Shown: positions 29,806 to 40,045 of the stretch, piece after piece
How positions within the stretch are numbered: the first letter of the stretch is position 1
How the letters are laid out: each line of letters starts with the position of its first letter
From: Myxococcota bacterium
GTDB taxonomy: Bacteria > Myxococcota > XYA12-FULL-58-9 > JABJBS01
Direction of reading: 5' to 3'
NCBI GenBank assembly: GCA_036339465.1
Contig: JAYZAY010000071.1
Location: forward strand, 1-54,174
DNA: 54,174 bases
Notes under the pieces: generated by a model
The model's database searches: none
What the model saw: the letters and a program-made list of their open reading frames with translations, nothing else
What the model was told of the DNA's origin: nothing
Made by a program: the position numbers and the translations under genes

Positions 29806-31621
29806 TCTCGAAGAGAGCTTGAGGGAAGCTGGTTATCTTGATGCTGTGGATGTCGCGATGAGTCGGTCTATGGGGCTATCTGAGAGTCTTGACCGCTTAG
29901 GTACGATACTTACTAATCTGGCGATGAAGAAGTCCCACACCTGTGTCAAGGTTGGGCACAGCGAGTTTCGCGAGCTAAGGAGTGATCCGGCACTGGTTGA
30001 TTGTTTCGAGAAAGCAGGGTTTGGCTGGGAGGATGTTGTTGCAAGTTTAGAGGGGCATCGTTTCGATAAAAGTCTTATTTATGACAATGGTCTTCTTTCC
30101 TTTAGAAAGACATTCCTGGAAGAAGAGGTGGTGGCCCGTTTCTTTAGAGATGGCCAAGAAAAGCCGAGGCTTGAGACATGGGCGAATGCGAAATCGATGT
30201 TTCGACTCCTTTTTGAGAATGTGGCGCCGGATAAATTGGTAACAAAACAGGCGGTGGCGACTTTGCTTGCGGGTGTCTTGTCCCGTCTTATTCTGACAGG
30301 AGGACCAGGTACGGGAAAAACTTTTACCACCACCAATATGCTTTGGATGATGATCGCAACGGGGACGACCGGGCTCTCGTCGAGTCAGCGGTGGCGCGTA
30401 GCGCTTGCAGCGCCCACCGGGAAAGCGGCCACTCGCTTGAGAGATGCGATTGAAGTAAGGTGGGGGGAATTGTTTGAGAAACTGCCGAAACCGGCTTCGG
30501 TGGATATGACGGCCACAACCCTACATCGACTTTTGGGAGTCAACCAATACGGGCGTGTTAGAGTTGGTCCTGAGAATCCCTTACCCTATGATATTGTGGT
30601 GGTGGACGAATTATCCATGGCTTCTTTGGATTTGGTTGCCGCATTGCTCCATGGATTGGCCAGCCACACACGGCTAATTTTTGTCGGAGATCCCCAACAA
30701 CTACCATCGATACAGCCCGGTAATGTCATGGCGGATTTGTGTGGAAATGAAGTTCTAAATCGTTGTCACAGTTCTGAGCTCGTCCAACATATTGAAGAAC
30801 TACTTCTCTTGAGTGATGTAACTGCCACCCTTCAGAGCGGAGCGGATTTGATCACGCACCTTGAGGAAACCCGCAGATTCCAAGCCGATTCAGGTATTGG
30901 TGTTTTGGCGCGGATCTTTCAAATGCAGGTTGAATCGAGAGTGAAGGCTATCCTTTCTCGGACCGACATGCACCAATATGAGGATCTCAGTTGGTTTTCA
31001 GAACAAGATGCAAAGGTAGAGTTCTTAGGTCGGGGGGTGGAGCAGGCAGCTCGCATTCGTGAATCTATGTTGCGTGGTGATATCGCCGCCGCTTTTGAAT
31101 CACTTTCCTCTTTTCGGATCTTGTGTCTCCAGAAGCAGGGGCCCACTGGGGTTCATTTTATGAATCGAGAGATCAGGCGACGTTTGGCGCTGGTTGAAGG
31201 GGAAGACACTTCGGGGCATTTCATCGGATTGCCGATACTTATTTTGGAGAATGACCCGGGCTTGGGGCTCTATAATGGGGATGTAGGTATCATCGGTGAA
31301 GGGGGGAATGGTGGGGGTAGATTGTACGTGTTCTTTGAAACGGAAGAGGGTTTGCAGCGCTTGCCCTTGGAACTTCTGCCTCAGTATGATGATGTTTACG
31401 CGATGACGGTGCATAAAAGTCAAGGGTCTGAATTTCAGGAGGTGGCGATTTTGTACGGGGTCGATGAGCTGGAGACCATGTCTCGAGAGTTGTTTTATAC
31501 TGCGACGACACGCGCTCGTGAAAAATTACTCATCTCTGGGAAAGTCGGTGAACTCTTTTCTATTTGGCGCCGGAGGGTTAGGCGCTGCTCTCGATTGGCG
31601 GGGATGCTTTGGGGGACTTAG
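29792..31621 (+). CDS. recD: Exodeoxyribonuclease V alpha subunit (SF1B helicase)
   Basis: TGGPGTGKT, AAPTGKAA.RL, TLHRLLG, VVDELSM, GD..QLPS, L.NGD.G, AMTVHKSQGSEF and YTA.TRAR. Overlaps the recB 3' end. Confidence 0.95.
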   Translation: MPISDLEESLREAGYLDAVDVAMSRSMGLSESLDRLGTILTNLAMKKSHTCVKVGHSEFRELRSDPALVDCFEKAGFGWEDVVASLEGHRFDKSLIYDNGLLSFRKTFLEEEVVARFFRDGQEKPRLETWANAKSMFRLLFENVAPDKLVTKQAVATLLAGVLSRLILTGGPGTGKTFTTTNMLWMMIATGTTGLSSSQRWRVALAAPTGKAATRLRDAIEVRWGELFEKLPKPASVDMTATTLHRLLGVNQYGRVRVGPENPLPYDIVVVDELSMASLDLVAALLHGLASHTRLIFVGDPQQLPSIQPGNVMADLCGNEVLNRCHSSELVQHIEELLLLSDVTATLQSGADLITHLEETRRFQADSGIGVLARIFQMQVESRVKAILSRTDMHQYEDLSWFSEQDAKVEFLGRGVEQAARIRESMLRGDIAAAFESLSSFRILCLQKQGPTGVHFMNREIRRRLALVEGEDTSGHFIGLPILILENDPGLGLYNGDVGIIGEGGNGGGRLYVFFETEEGLQRLPLELLPQYDDVYAMTVHKSQGSEFQEVAILYGVDELETMSRELFYTATTRAREKLLISGKVGELFSIWRRRVRRCSRLAGMLWGT

Positions 31622-32607
31622 ATGTCGTCGCGATAGCGGTCTGAGGGGTGCTGCTTGAATGAAGTGGCGAGGTTATAGATCTCTGCTGGAAAAGGGGCGA
31701 TTGCAGCGCCCGTGGAGTCGCGTTGTGGGTATTTCGGAAAGAGTATTTGGCCCGATTTTGGCGCGATGAGTGGAGTATTGTTGGCGTCTGAGACACCGAG
31801 TGTGTGTCCACCTTCGATGGATTCAAAATTCACGTACCCAGATGCTAAAGCCATGTGTGGATCAGAAAATGGTTGTGTGTAGGTGATTTCAAAGAAACGC
31901 AGTTCAGGGGAGGCTGCCTTTTCTAGGATTTGTTCGAGCGAAGTTCCCGAGGCAATCTCTTCCATGTAAGCGATGCCGCGTTCAATGGTGGACCGGGTTG
32001 CATTGTAGGCCAATTCGGAAAATCCGCTTTGTCCCATTTCGAGTGTGATCCCAGGGACCCCGTGATTTCTCGCGTATTCATCGGCGCAAACAGACTTTTC
32101 TGAAAACTTGTATTTTGGGGAGCGGGTCACGAGGTTTCGGGCACCCTGGAGAACACGCGCCCATTGGTATCCGCTGGTGTGGTAAGGGAAGATGTAGAAG
32201 GGTTGTTTAGAATCGAGGATGGTTTGGTGAAAATCCACGAAGAGGTCGGCCACTTTGAGGATGGGCATGAGCTCCTGGGCTCGTCGCTCTTCTCGGCTTT
32301 CTTGTGGGTTATCTGTGAATACACGGTTGAGGTCTTTTTCGAGGAACCGTTTTCCCGCTTTGGCGGCGGCGACATTGCCAAAAAAGAAGGTTAATTTTCC
32401 GCCAAATGAGAGTTCACCTTTTTCTAGAAGTTTGAAGATGTCGAGAAAGGCGGGGAGGGATCCAGTTTCGTTGCCGTGGGTAATGGCGCCAAATACCAGG
32501 TGCTTTTGGTGCCGCTCTCCTTTGAACTGCACGGTCCACGGAGCGGGGCCTGGATATTTATGGCAGAACTTTTCAAGGTCTGTAAGTAAATTGTCAAGTT
32601 GGTTCAT
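31618..32607 (-). CDS. Succinylglutamate desuccinylase/aspartoacylase-family Zn hydrolase
   Basis: HGNE..G, GN, RF...DLNR, D.H and TLE.G motifs. Confidence 0.9.
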   Translation of the reverse strand: MNQLDNLLTDLEKFCHKYPGPAPWTVQFKGERHQKHLVFGAITHGNETGSLPAFLDIFKLLEKGELSFGGKLTFFFGNVAAAKAGKRFLEKDLNRVFTDNPQESREERRAQELMPILKVADLFVDFHQTILDSKQPFYIFPYHTSGYQWARVLQGARNLVTRSPKYKFSEKSVCADEYARNHGVPGITLEMGQSGFSELAYNATRSTIERGIAYMEEIASGTSLEQILEKAASPELRFFEITYTQPFSDPHMALASGYVNFESIEGGHTLGVSDANNTPLIAPKSGQILFPKYPQRDSTGAAIAPFPAEIYNLATSFKQHPSDRYRDDI

Positions 32608-32712
32608 GGCTTCTTTTTAGCGCTTTTATCAACAACGCGTCAAAGGAGGTTATTGAAAATGATGCTCTAGGATGTCCACACAGCGGGAGTCATTGTAGAG
32701 CAGGCTTCGCTT

Positions 32713-32979
32713 TTATTCGATTTGATGTCGATATTCACCGGGCATTTCCGCCAATGAGATGAGTTTGCTTGCCCGCTGGAGGTACTTGGAAAGAAGGAGA
32801 TTGACGTGGCTTTGAAATCCTTGGAAAAGAGTCGGGAGGTTTTGTTGCAATTGGGCGCAGACTTCTAAGGTTTCGGAGCCTCGTTTGGTTTTAAGGTGTC
32901 TGTAGGCTTTTGCAATCAAGGTATCACAAGTGGGTGTGGCTTTACTGGGGCTTGGGTGGGCCGATTCACAAGAGGCCAT
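32713..32979 (-). CDS. Possible small hypothetical protein (88 aa)
   Basis: ATG 32979 overlaps the end of the DnaJ-related gene and the ORF fills the gap to the AstE-like gene. No motif recognised. Confidence 0.25.
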   Translation of the reverse strand: MASCESAHPSPSKATPTCDTLIAKAYRHLKTKRGSETLEVCAQLQQNLPTLFQGFQSHVNLLLSKYLQRASKLISLAEMPGEYRHQIE

Positions 32980-33553
32980 ATTTCTGGAGTGTGGTGGCTG
33001 CGCCGGTGATTTCTTTGAATTTGTCTGGGCTTCCACCTCGGTCGGGATGAAATTCCATGGCCAAATTGTGATACTGTTGTTTAAGTTCTCGATTGGATGC
33101 CGATTGGGCAAGCCCCATAATCCCCAAGGCGTGTTGGACTTCGTCAAAACCAAAGTATTTTTCCCAGAAGCTCGTGAGCATGGAGTCGACATCTTCTGCG
33201 GTCGTTTCGTGGAGATGACTTGGATCTAGGTAGTATTCCCGAAGACTGTCGGTTCCTATCACCAAGGCGTCTTCGGTCTTGATTGGTTCGGTCAATCCTA
33301 TTTTAGTGGCGGAAATGACGAGGTCTTGAGTGCCCTTGAGGCGGAGTCCTTCGCGAAGATTGTAGAGGGCATGAAAAAGCACAAAGTGAATTCGAAAAAG
33401 TGCGTGGGAGTCCAACGCAAGGTTGATGGTCAACTCTTCGTGCCCCCTTTCTCGAAGAATTTGGAGGAGTTCATATTCGGAGATGAAGCCGGACTGGTCC
33501 TCAAGTATTTCAATAAGTTCATAGTGAAGTAAATTGGAGGCATCTAAGATCAT
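32966..33553 (-). CDS. DNAJ-related domain protein with a C-terminal J domain
   Basis: 'ISEYELL..L', 'LF..HF.LFHALY.L' and 'LREYYLD', then a J domain with HPD (EFHPDRGG). Confidence 0.9.
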   Translation of the reverse strand: MILDASNLLHYELIEILEDQSGFISEYELLQILRERGHEELTINLALDSHALFRIHFVLFHALYNLREGLRLKGTQDLVISATKIGLTEPIKTEDALVIGTDSLREYYLDPSHLHETTAEDVDSMLTSFWEKYFGFDEVQHALGIMGLAQSASNRELKQQYHNLAMEFHPDRGGSPDKFKEITGAATTLQKYGLL

Positions 33554-33726
33554 GGTAAAATTAGCTTAGGTTGGATTGGAGTGATGAGCAACTTAACCCA
33601 TGAATTTTAAACCTGAATGATTGGTCTTTGAAATCGAGTTTAGGGGTGACGATGAATCGGTTAAATGTCATGGCTACCCACCAATATTTTGCATTATTTG
33701 TGAATTGCCATTAAGCTTCCGCTCCT

Positions 33727-34086
33727 ATGGCAAGGCAATTGGCATCAAGGTCCCCGAGTGGGAAGCTGGGTGGTTGGGTCAAAGAACGGCGTCGTTTTCC
33801 CCGTTCGGATCCACCCGTTGTGATCCGCGAAATTTCTGAAGCACGGGGTCCCTTTTATAGTGAGAGTCTAAGTGCCGGGGGTATGCGGTGCATTACCCCT
33901 TTGGGTCCCGAGAGATTACTAGGTCAGGTATTGGCGCTGGAAATGACCTTTTATGATGGCCGCCGGTCCTTTGTGACTGCGGCGCGAATTGTCAGGAAAA
34001 AACGCGTTCGTTTAGGGATGGAATTGGCACTTGAATTTCTCATGCCTCAGACTCAGTTATGTTTATCGGGCGACACGGTGGGCTAG
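33727..34086 (+). CDS. PilZ-domain protein (putative c-di-GMP receptor)
   Basis: ERRRFPR (RxxxR), SLSAGG (D/NxSxxG variant), ARIVR and a terminal ALEF strand. Confidence 0.75.
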   Translation: MARQLASRSPSGKLGGWVKERRRFPRSDPPVVIREISEARGPFYSESLSAGGMRCITPLGPERLLGQVLALEMTFYDGRRSFVTAARIVRKKRVRLGMELALEFLMPQTQLCLSGDTVG

Positions 34087-34345
34087 CCCCAATGGGGTTT
34101 GGAGCCTTTGATCTGGCTCACTGATAGGTGCTACTTCCATTCTACCGAGAGATGTTGAGGCAATTGGGGTGATGGTGCAGCATGAACGCGCGCTTTTTGA
34201 GGGGCGCATTGTGGGCTCGAATGTGGATGTGGGGTAGAAACTGAATGAGGGCGTTGTGATTGTGGTGCATTTAGCCCAGGGTGTGGTGATTTTTGCGGGC
34301 ACTAAGCAGTTTTTGGATGTTCCCTAGAGGTTTGTAAGAGATTGA

Positions 34346-35827
34346 CTAGGAGGGGCCCGGTTTACAACGCTTGAGAAGCGCCGTTGTTACTTCTTCAATG
34401 ACTTCTTCCCATTGACCCCGTTTTTTTTGCCGAAAGAGCCGGACGGTTTCGTACCAAAGTGTATCAGATTTATCCAATCCCCATCGCCAATCCGATGAGA
34501 ACGGGAGTAAGATCCAGGTTTCAATGTTCAGAGCTCCCCCTAAGTGTGCGTAAGCCGAATCCACCGTGATGATGAGGTCGAGTTCTTTCATGGTCTGAGC
34601 CAATATTTCAAAACTCTGGGTTTCATGGCTGATGTCCCGTAGTTTTTTTGGCCAGGGGTGGGATTGCCAAAAGGGGGAGTTGGCTTGGGGTTGTTGGAGG
34701 CTGAATACGCGAGCATGGGGGCAATTGATTACCGGAAGGAGTTTTTCTAGGTGGATGCTCCGCTGTGCGTCCAGTTCATTGGCTGGATTTCCTGCCCAAG
34801 CGATTCCTATGTTGAGATGGGCTTTGGAGAGTGCCTCCTTGGTAAAGTGGTCCTTTGGGGCTTGGGGGAGTGATAAGTAGCCCTTGGCGTCCGGGATGGT
34901 TATTTTTTGGGGGGCGGTGAAGGCGGGGATGGAGAGGAGAGGTGTTTGAAATTCGGCTTGGATGTTGGATGCATTGGCGGGTATGAGGGTTAATTCATAG
35001 TCCAAGTGAGAAAAAAGGTCTTCAAGTTTACTTGGGCAGAGAAAGGCGACGCATTTCGCCTCTGCAATCAAGGGTTTTGCGAATCGAATAAATTGGATGG
35101 TATCTCCGAAACCTTGTTCGGCAGTGAGAACGATGGTCTTGCCTGTCAAGGGTTGTCCCTCCCATATGGGAAGAGGTAGGAATTTGTAGTCGAATTTCTT
35201 GAGTTTGAATCTGGCCAGATAATGGGTGAATCCGCGGTCGTAGTTGCCGACTTTAAGTAGAAGGCTACCAAGCCCCAATTCTGTTTCGGGGTGATCGGGG
35301 AGCAGTCGGTGCGCGCGTTCGTAGAGGGCGAGTGCTTTTTCGACTTCACCAAGTTGTTGATGGGTGATGGCGAGATTTCTCAACAAGTGAGGGTTGGTAG
35401 AATCCAGTTTTACAGCGTGCTGTAGTACTTGGGAGGCTTTTGTCAGATCTCCGCAGCATAGGAGGCAAACACCCAAGTTCATGAGGTAATCCGGGTGGCT
35501 CATTTCTAGCAGCACGGCTTCTTCGAAGTAGGGGCGCGCTTCTTGTTGACGGCATTGTTCCATCATACAGATCCCCATGAGATTTAGGCATTCGGCTTTT
35601 GGTTTCTCGGTGTTGATACTTCTAATTAAAAAGGGTTCTGATTCCAAATGTTTGTGGAATATTTGAAGGATTCTACCCACCTCAAAATTGAGACGGGGGT
35701 CTTCTGGAAAGAATTTTAGGTTTTCAATTCCCAAGGCCAGCGCTTCAGGATACTTCTTCCCTTTGAGGAGTTTGTCGATTCGCGAAATTGTGTCGCGTCG
35801 TTTATCTTCGTCTGGCGTTGACATCAT
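34346..35827 (-). CDS. TPR-repeat protein with a C-terminal glycosyltransferase family 9-like domain
   Basis: About five TPRs, then W.G..L.GK, EQGFGDTIQF.RF, GIAWAGNP, DL.ITVDSA.AHL.GAL, DWRW and WY..VRLFRQ. Confidence 0.9.
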   Translation of the reverse strand: MMSTPDEDKRRDTISRIDKLLKGKKYPEALALGIENLKFFPEDPRLNFEVGRILQIFHKHLESEPFLIRSINTEKPKAECLNLMGICMMEQCRQQEARPYFEEAVLLEMSHPDYLMNLGVCLLCCGDLTKASQVLQHAVKLDSTNPHLLRNLAITHQQLGEVEKALALYERAHRLLPDHPETELGLGSLLLKVGNYDRGFTHYLARFKLKKFDYKFLPLPIWEGQPLTGKTIVLTAEQGFGDTIQFIRFAKPLIAEAKCVAFLCPSKLEDLFSHLDYELTLIPANASNIQAEFQTPLLSIPAFTAPQKITIPDAKGYLSLPQAPKDHFTKEALSKAHLNIGIAWAGNPANELDAQRSIHLEKLLPVINCPHARVFSLQQPQANSPFWQSHPWPKKLRDISHETQSFEILAQTMKELDLIITVDSAYAHLGGALNIETWILLPFSSDWRWGLDKSDTLWYETVRLFRQKKRGQWEEVIEEVTTALLKRCKPGPS

Positions 35828-35913
35828 CGATTAAGAAAGCATTAGCCTCCAACTTTATGGGGCGAAAGTCCAATGGTCAACTTAATTTAAATTGGAATTG
35901 GAGTGGGTGAGAG

Positions 35914-36438
35914 ATGAAATCTTTGGGGATAGCAGTTTTGACGGTATCTGATACCCGTACCCGTGATACCGATCGATCAGGTCGGGTGCTCATTGATTGT
36001 TTGGAGGGGGCTGGGCATCGATTGGTGGATTGGCGTATTGTTTCAGATGAGATGGAACTTTTGGTGGATACGTTGAAGCAATGGGTTGCGGATCCAGATG
36101 TCCAAGTTATCCTGACCACGGGTGGAACGGGATTAACCGGAAGAGACATGACTCCTGAGGCCGTCCGAGCGGTGATCACGAAGGAAATTCCCGGGTTTGG
36201 AGAATTATTTCGTTGGTTGAGCTATGCCAAGATCGGCACCTCAACCATTCAATCGAGGGCAGTGGCGGGGGTTGCCATCAATACCTATGTTTTCGCATTA
36301 CCAGGATCACCGAGTGCTTGTCGGGATGCATGGGATGACATTATTTGCTTCCAATTGGATTCCGACACGAAGCCGTGTAACCTGGTTCAGCTTATTCCGA
36401 GGCTTGAAGAATCGGGCGGGGGGCTGAATCACGGCTGA
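35914..36438 (+). CDS. moaB: Molybdenum cofactor biosynthesis protein B
   Basis: IAVLTVSDTR...DRSG, TTGGTG.TGRD.TPEA, GFGELFR.LS...IG.ST.QSRA, LPGS..AC and PCN. Confidence 0.93.
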   Translation: MKSLGIAVLTVSDTRTRDTDRSGRVLIDCLEGAGHRLVDWRIVSDEMELLVDTLKQWVADPDVQVILTTGGTGLTGRDMTPEAVRAVITKEIPGFGELFRWLSYAKIGTSTIQSRAVAGVAINTYVFALPGSPSACRDAWDDIICFQLDSDTKPCNLVQLIPRLEESGGGLNHG

Positions 36439-36548
36439 TACCCCACCAGAGACCCAAACCTGTTTTATCTCCGGTGAAATCATTTTTCTCCGCTGTCATT
36501 TGGATATAAGCCCTTCACAATTTTGTCGATTTCTTGATATCGGTGGGG

Positions 36549-37886
36549 TTAGGAAGCGCCCTGGGAGGCGGCTTGAAATTTCTCCGGGGGGGCCAATTTC
36601 AAGAAATAAAGGGAGGAGAAGACGAAGCTAACGCTACAGACAATGGCGGCGAAATAGCTGAAGGGGATAAAGAAGTCGAGCCAAGAAAGCTCGGGTTCAC
36701 CGAAGTTCTTGTAGAGCATGATTCCCACACTGCCAAGGTATCCGAAGGAGTCGGCGACATAGATCATGAAGCCGGCATTCCCTGAAAAACCGAGCACGGC
36801 AATGAGGCGGTCAAAGAGGATACAGCCATAGGGAACATAGGCGAGGTAAAGACCAATGCCAATCACAATCATCCATACTTTGGCATCCATCAGGCCCATG
36901 CGAAAAAGCAGAGTGGTGATGCCCACGGAGGCGACGCCCACAAACATCACGGCGTGAACTGCGATGAGGGCTTTGCGGTTGTCTTTAATGGTAAAGAGGA
37001 GTCCCAAAGAAAGCATCACGGCCAAACCTACCCAGGTTTCCGATTCGGCGAATATGGCCGGTGTTTCAGAAAATCCCAAGGCGTCCCAAATTTCACGGGC
37101 GAAATTGTCCCGAAAATCCCGGTAGGCGGTGAGGAATATATAGAGGCCCACTAGGGCGAAGAGTCCGGGGAAATAAAGTTTGACGAAACGCGACCGTTCT
37201 TGATGATCCATGGGCACCCGTTTTGTCCGTAAGGCCTCATCTTCTGGGGTGGGTGGAGGTAGTTTGTCGAGGAGCCACACACAAATCATAAATGGCACGA
37301 AGAAGATAAGGCCGGTGAGGCACGGCATCCAGAACTCGGAAACACCCTCATTCAAGAGCCAACGTCCCACTGCTTTGACGTAGCCACTGGCCACGATGTA
37401 GCTGGCACTTAACCCAGCCCCCAAGAGCTCAGTTAAACGCCGGCCCTCAAGATAGGAAAAGACGAGCCCCCAAACCATGCCCAATGGGACCCCATTCAGG
37501 AAGAGAAAGATGAGGTTCCAAGGTTTTGGAACGATGCCGAAGAGTACGAGGGCGATTTCGGCCGTCGCAATCATGATCACCAGGCCCATGGCGCGTTGGT
37601 TGGCTTTGAGTTCAGAGATGACTTTAATGCCTGTAAATTTGGATAAAGTGTAGCCAAATACCTGGAAGATAATGAGGGCAATTTTATAGTCGACGACCAA
37701 CCAGTCGGCAAAATTAACCTGACCTTCAAAGGTACCCACCGCGAATGGTTTTCTGAAGGCATACATACAGAAATAGGCTGAGAAGGCCGCAAAAACTGTA
37801 TATGCTGAGAAAACACCGGTCCCCTTGCTTTGAAGCCAGCGGGTAACGGGATGGACATCTTGTGTGGGTGCAATACTTGAATTCAT
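36549..37886 (-). CDS. DUF5690-like MFS-fold membrane transporter
   Basis: About 12 TM helices, AF..YFCMYAFRKPF, Q..GY.LSKF.GI..ISE, LEGRR.TE, RDFRDNFA and D.FGYLGS. Confidence 0.8.
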   Translation of the reverse strand: MNSSIAPTQDVHPVTRWLQSKGTGVFSAYTVFAAFSAYFCMYAFRKPFAVGTFEGQVNFADWLVVDYKIALIIFQVFGYTLSKFTGIKVISELKANQRAMGLVIMIATAEIALVLFGIVPKPWNLIFLFLNGVPLGMVWGLVFSYLEGRRLTELLGAGLSASYIVASGYVKAVGRWLLNEGVSEFWMPCLTGLIFFVPFMICVWLLDKLPPPTPEDEALRTKRVPMDHQERSRFVKLYFPGLFALVGLYIFLTAYRDFRDNFAREIWDALGFSETPAIFAESETWVGLAVMLSLGLLFTIKDNRKALIAVHAVMFVGVASVGITTLLFRMGLMDAKVWMIVIGIGLYLAYVPYGCILFDRLIAVLGFSGNAGFMIYVADSFGYLGSVGIMLYKNFGEPELSWLDFFIPFSYFAAIVCSVSFVFSSLYFLKLAPPEKFQAASQGAS

Positions 37887-37993
37887 ATCCTTGGGCTAAT
37901 CAAGTTGTTCTAGAAATGCAATGGAATTCGAGCGTTTATGGTCTGGGTTTTCTTGGGTTAGGCTTTGCTTTTGTATCGAATTAAGAGCGAGAC

Positions 37994-39088
37994 TCAGGGC
38001 GTGGGAGTTTTGAGTCTTGAGACAGAGAGGGACTTTGGAATTTGATTATCGTGACGCGTCAACAACTTACTTAGTTTTTTGGCTGTCCAGGGAATCCAGA
38101 GAGTTCCCTTTGATGCAAAGGCACTTAGAATAAATAGGTTTCGCATTTCGGGCACCGGCCCCACAACCGGAGACCGGTCGGGAGGTGCGGTCAAACGAGA
38201 TCCTCTCCATAGCTTGAGTGGATTGCTCTCTTTGATTTGAGCAATCCAGTGTGCCGCCTTCTCCAATAAAATGTTGGCAATCTCATCTTCGGATCCTGGT
38301 TCCTGTTCAGGATGGTGATAATAGGTTGATCCGAGAATCCAGGTATTCCAAGGGGTGGGGACCATGTGAACGCCGTTTCCACTCAGACCAACTTTTTTGG
38401 GAAGAGGAGATTTCCAATCTATTTCAAGGACGTGTCCCGCAATATTGCAGAAGGGGAGATTCGGCATAAGTTTTGAAATGGCACTTCCGGTGCATAGAAC
38501 CAGTTTATCGCTTTGTTGGGGGCCGCGCCCGGTTTCCATTCGCCACCCGTTGCCCTTTGCTTTAATGCTCGTTACTGGCGTTTCGATGATGGTCACCCCC
38601 TGTTTGACCAAGTACTGTTTGAGCCTCTGGCAGAGCTGATGGAGAGCGATGGATAAGCAAGATGGAAATGTAATGATTTCATCTGTGTTGTGGAGCCAAT
38701 CGGTGGTCTCTAAAAATATTTTTTGTTTCGATGCTTGGACGTGTTTCTCTAGGAGGTCACGGTTGTTTTCAAAACTTCGCTGGATCCGCTCTCCATAGCT
38801 ATTTGAATGAGAAAAAGGCCTCCATAATTCGATTTCAAGGATAGAATCTGCGGATGATTGTTTTTGAAACCAGTCAAGAGAATAGCTGAAAGCTTCAAGT
38901 GTGAATGGTTTTGGAGCGACCGATGGTCCGGGGGTAGGGTTTAATAACGCACATGGGAGCTGTGAGGCGGTGGGGTGCTGATGGCTGTGAAAGAGTTGGA
39001 TCTCTTTGCCTTCTACCCCGTCATTGATGAGGTGTGTGGCCAAAGAAAGACCACTTAATCCGGCTCCGATAATCGTGATTGTCGTCAT
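37994..39088 (-). CDS. FAD-dependent oxidoreductase, DAO family, like the C-terminal domain of MnmC
   Basis: IIGAGLSG, GSTY, R...PDRSPVVG and SKG. ATGA-coupled to the upstream MnmC-type methyltransferase. Confidence 0.78.
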   Translation of the reverse strand: MTTITIIGAGLSGLSLATHLINDGVEGKEIQLFHSHQHPTASQLPCALLNPTPGPSVAPKPFTLEAFSYSLDWFQKQSSADSILEIELWRPFSHSNSYGERIQRSFENNRDLLEKHVQASKQKIFLETTDWLHNTDEIITFPSCLSIALHQLCQRLKQYLVKQGVTIIETPVTSIKAKGNGWRMETGRGPQQSDKLVLCTGSAISKLMPNLPFCNIAGHVLEIDWKSPLPKKVGLSGNGVHMVPTPWNTWILGSTYYHHPEQEPGSEDEIANILLEKAAHWIAQIKESNPLKLWRGSRLTAPPDRSPVVGPVPEMRNLFILSAFASKGTLWIPWTAKKLSKLLTRHDNQIPKSLSVSRLKTPTP

Positions 39089-39888
39089 GGCGTGGGGGGC
39101 TTGGGGTTAGAGGGAGCCAAGTCTACTCCGATGGGCTGTTTTGATTTGGGCAATAGAGAGAATCCTTGGAGAGCATTTGCATTTGGCGATGCAATGGTCA
39201 TTTCTCGCTTTCCGGCACCGCCAGGGGCTTTGGCTGTCCAAAAACCGGCTCTGGCTAAGCTTTTTCTGATTTCGGAGGATGCACTGTAGGTCACCAAACG
39301 CGCGGTCGATCGGAGCCATGGTGCAATATGTTTGAAGGCTAGGTCAGTCCATGCGTCGGGATTTTCTTTTGGTCCGAATGGGTCGTGATAATGTGTGTCA
39401 AAAGAGGATGCGGGAAAGTCACAATCAAAGAGATCCCATGGAAGAGTTCTAAGATAAATATTCTTGAACTTGATTTGCAAAGGTTTTCTGGAGTTTGCAG
39501 CCTGGCTATTTCCATCCATGAGCATGCTGAGTAATGGAATTTGGAAATCGTGATTTCGGTGAACTTCTTCAAGGCAGGTTTGTGGCAGAGGGGACCGCTC
39601 AATCGCAGTATAATAAAGTGCGAATTGGTTAGAACTTTGAAGGAAGTACTCGGCGGTGTGAAGGAAATTAAGGCCCGTACCCAATCCCAGTTCCAAGACT
39701 GAAACATCTCTTTGGATATCGGCTATACCACTCGCCCTTAAGAAAACATGTTTGGATTCGGTGTGGGCACCATAGACAGAGCGGTAGGTGGTACTACTGC
39801 CCTTAAAACGGAGCGTATGGGCGCCATCCTTTGTTTCGATAACTTCAAGCATTTCTTTTTTCGCTTTTTTTGGTGGGGTAGTCGCCAT
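39085..39888 (-). CDS. mnmD: tRNA mnm5s2U34 methyltransferase (MnmC N-terminal domain/MnmD)
   Basis: T.DG..TL, Y.S..GA..ES.HVF, ELGLGTGLNF, D.F.P..NP..WT, TYS and GKREM. Start is 39888 or 39852. Confidence 0.88.
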   Translation of the reverse strand: MATTPPKKAKKEMLEVIETKDGAHTLRFKGSSTTYRSVYGAHTESKHVFLRASGIADIQRDVSVLELGLGTGLNFLHTAEYFLQSSNQFALYYTAIERSPLPQTCLEEVHRNHDFQIPLLSMLMDGNSQAANSRKPLQIKFKNIYLRTLPWDLFDCDFPASSFDTHYHDPFGPKENPDAWTDLAFKHIAPWLRSTARLVTYSASSEIRKSLARAGFWTAKAPGGAGKREMTIASPNANALQGFSLLPKSKQPIGVDLAPSNPKPPTP

Positions 39889-40045
39889 TTGAGGGGGCCT
39901 ACCATGGGGTATTTTTGTGAACAAGTGAAAATCTTGAGCTAGAATTTTTTGCGTTGGCGCAATCTAAATTTGCCGTTGACCGGTGGCATGGTCTGGGTTA
40001 GCTCACCTTTCTTGTGGGGTTGTTCTAGTAGGTGAGGGCTTATTC

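Noticed and set aside
35828..35913. Possible Moco riboswitch upstream of moaB
   Set aside because: The gap is only 86 nt, AT-rich and shared with a divergent gene, with no multi-stem structure.
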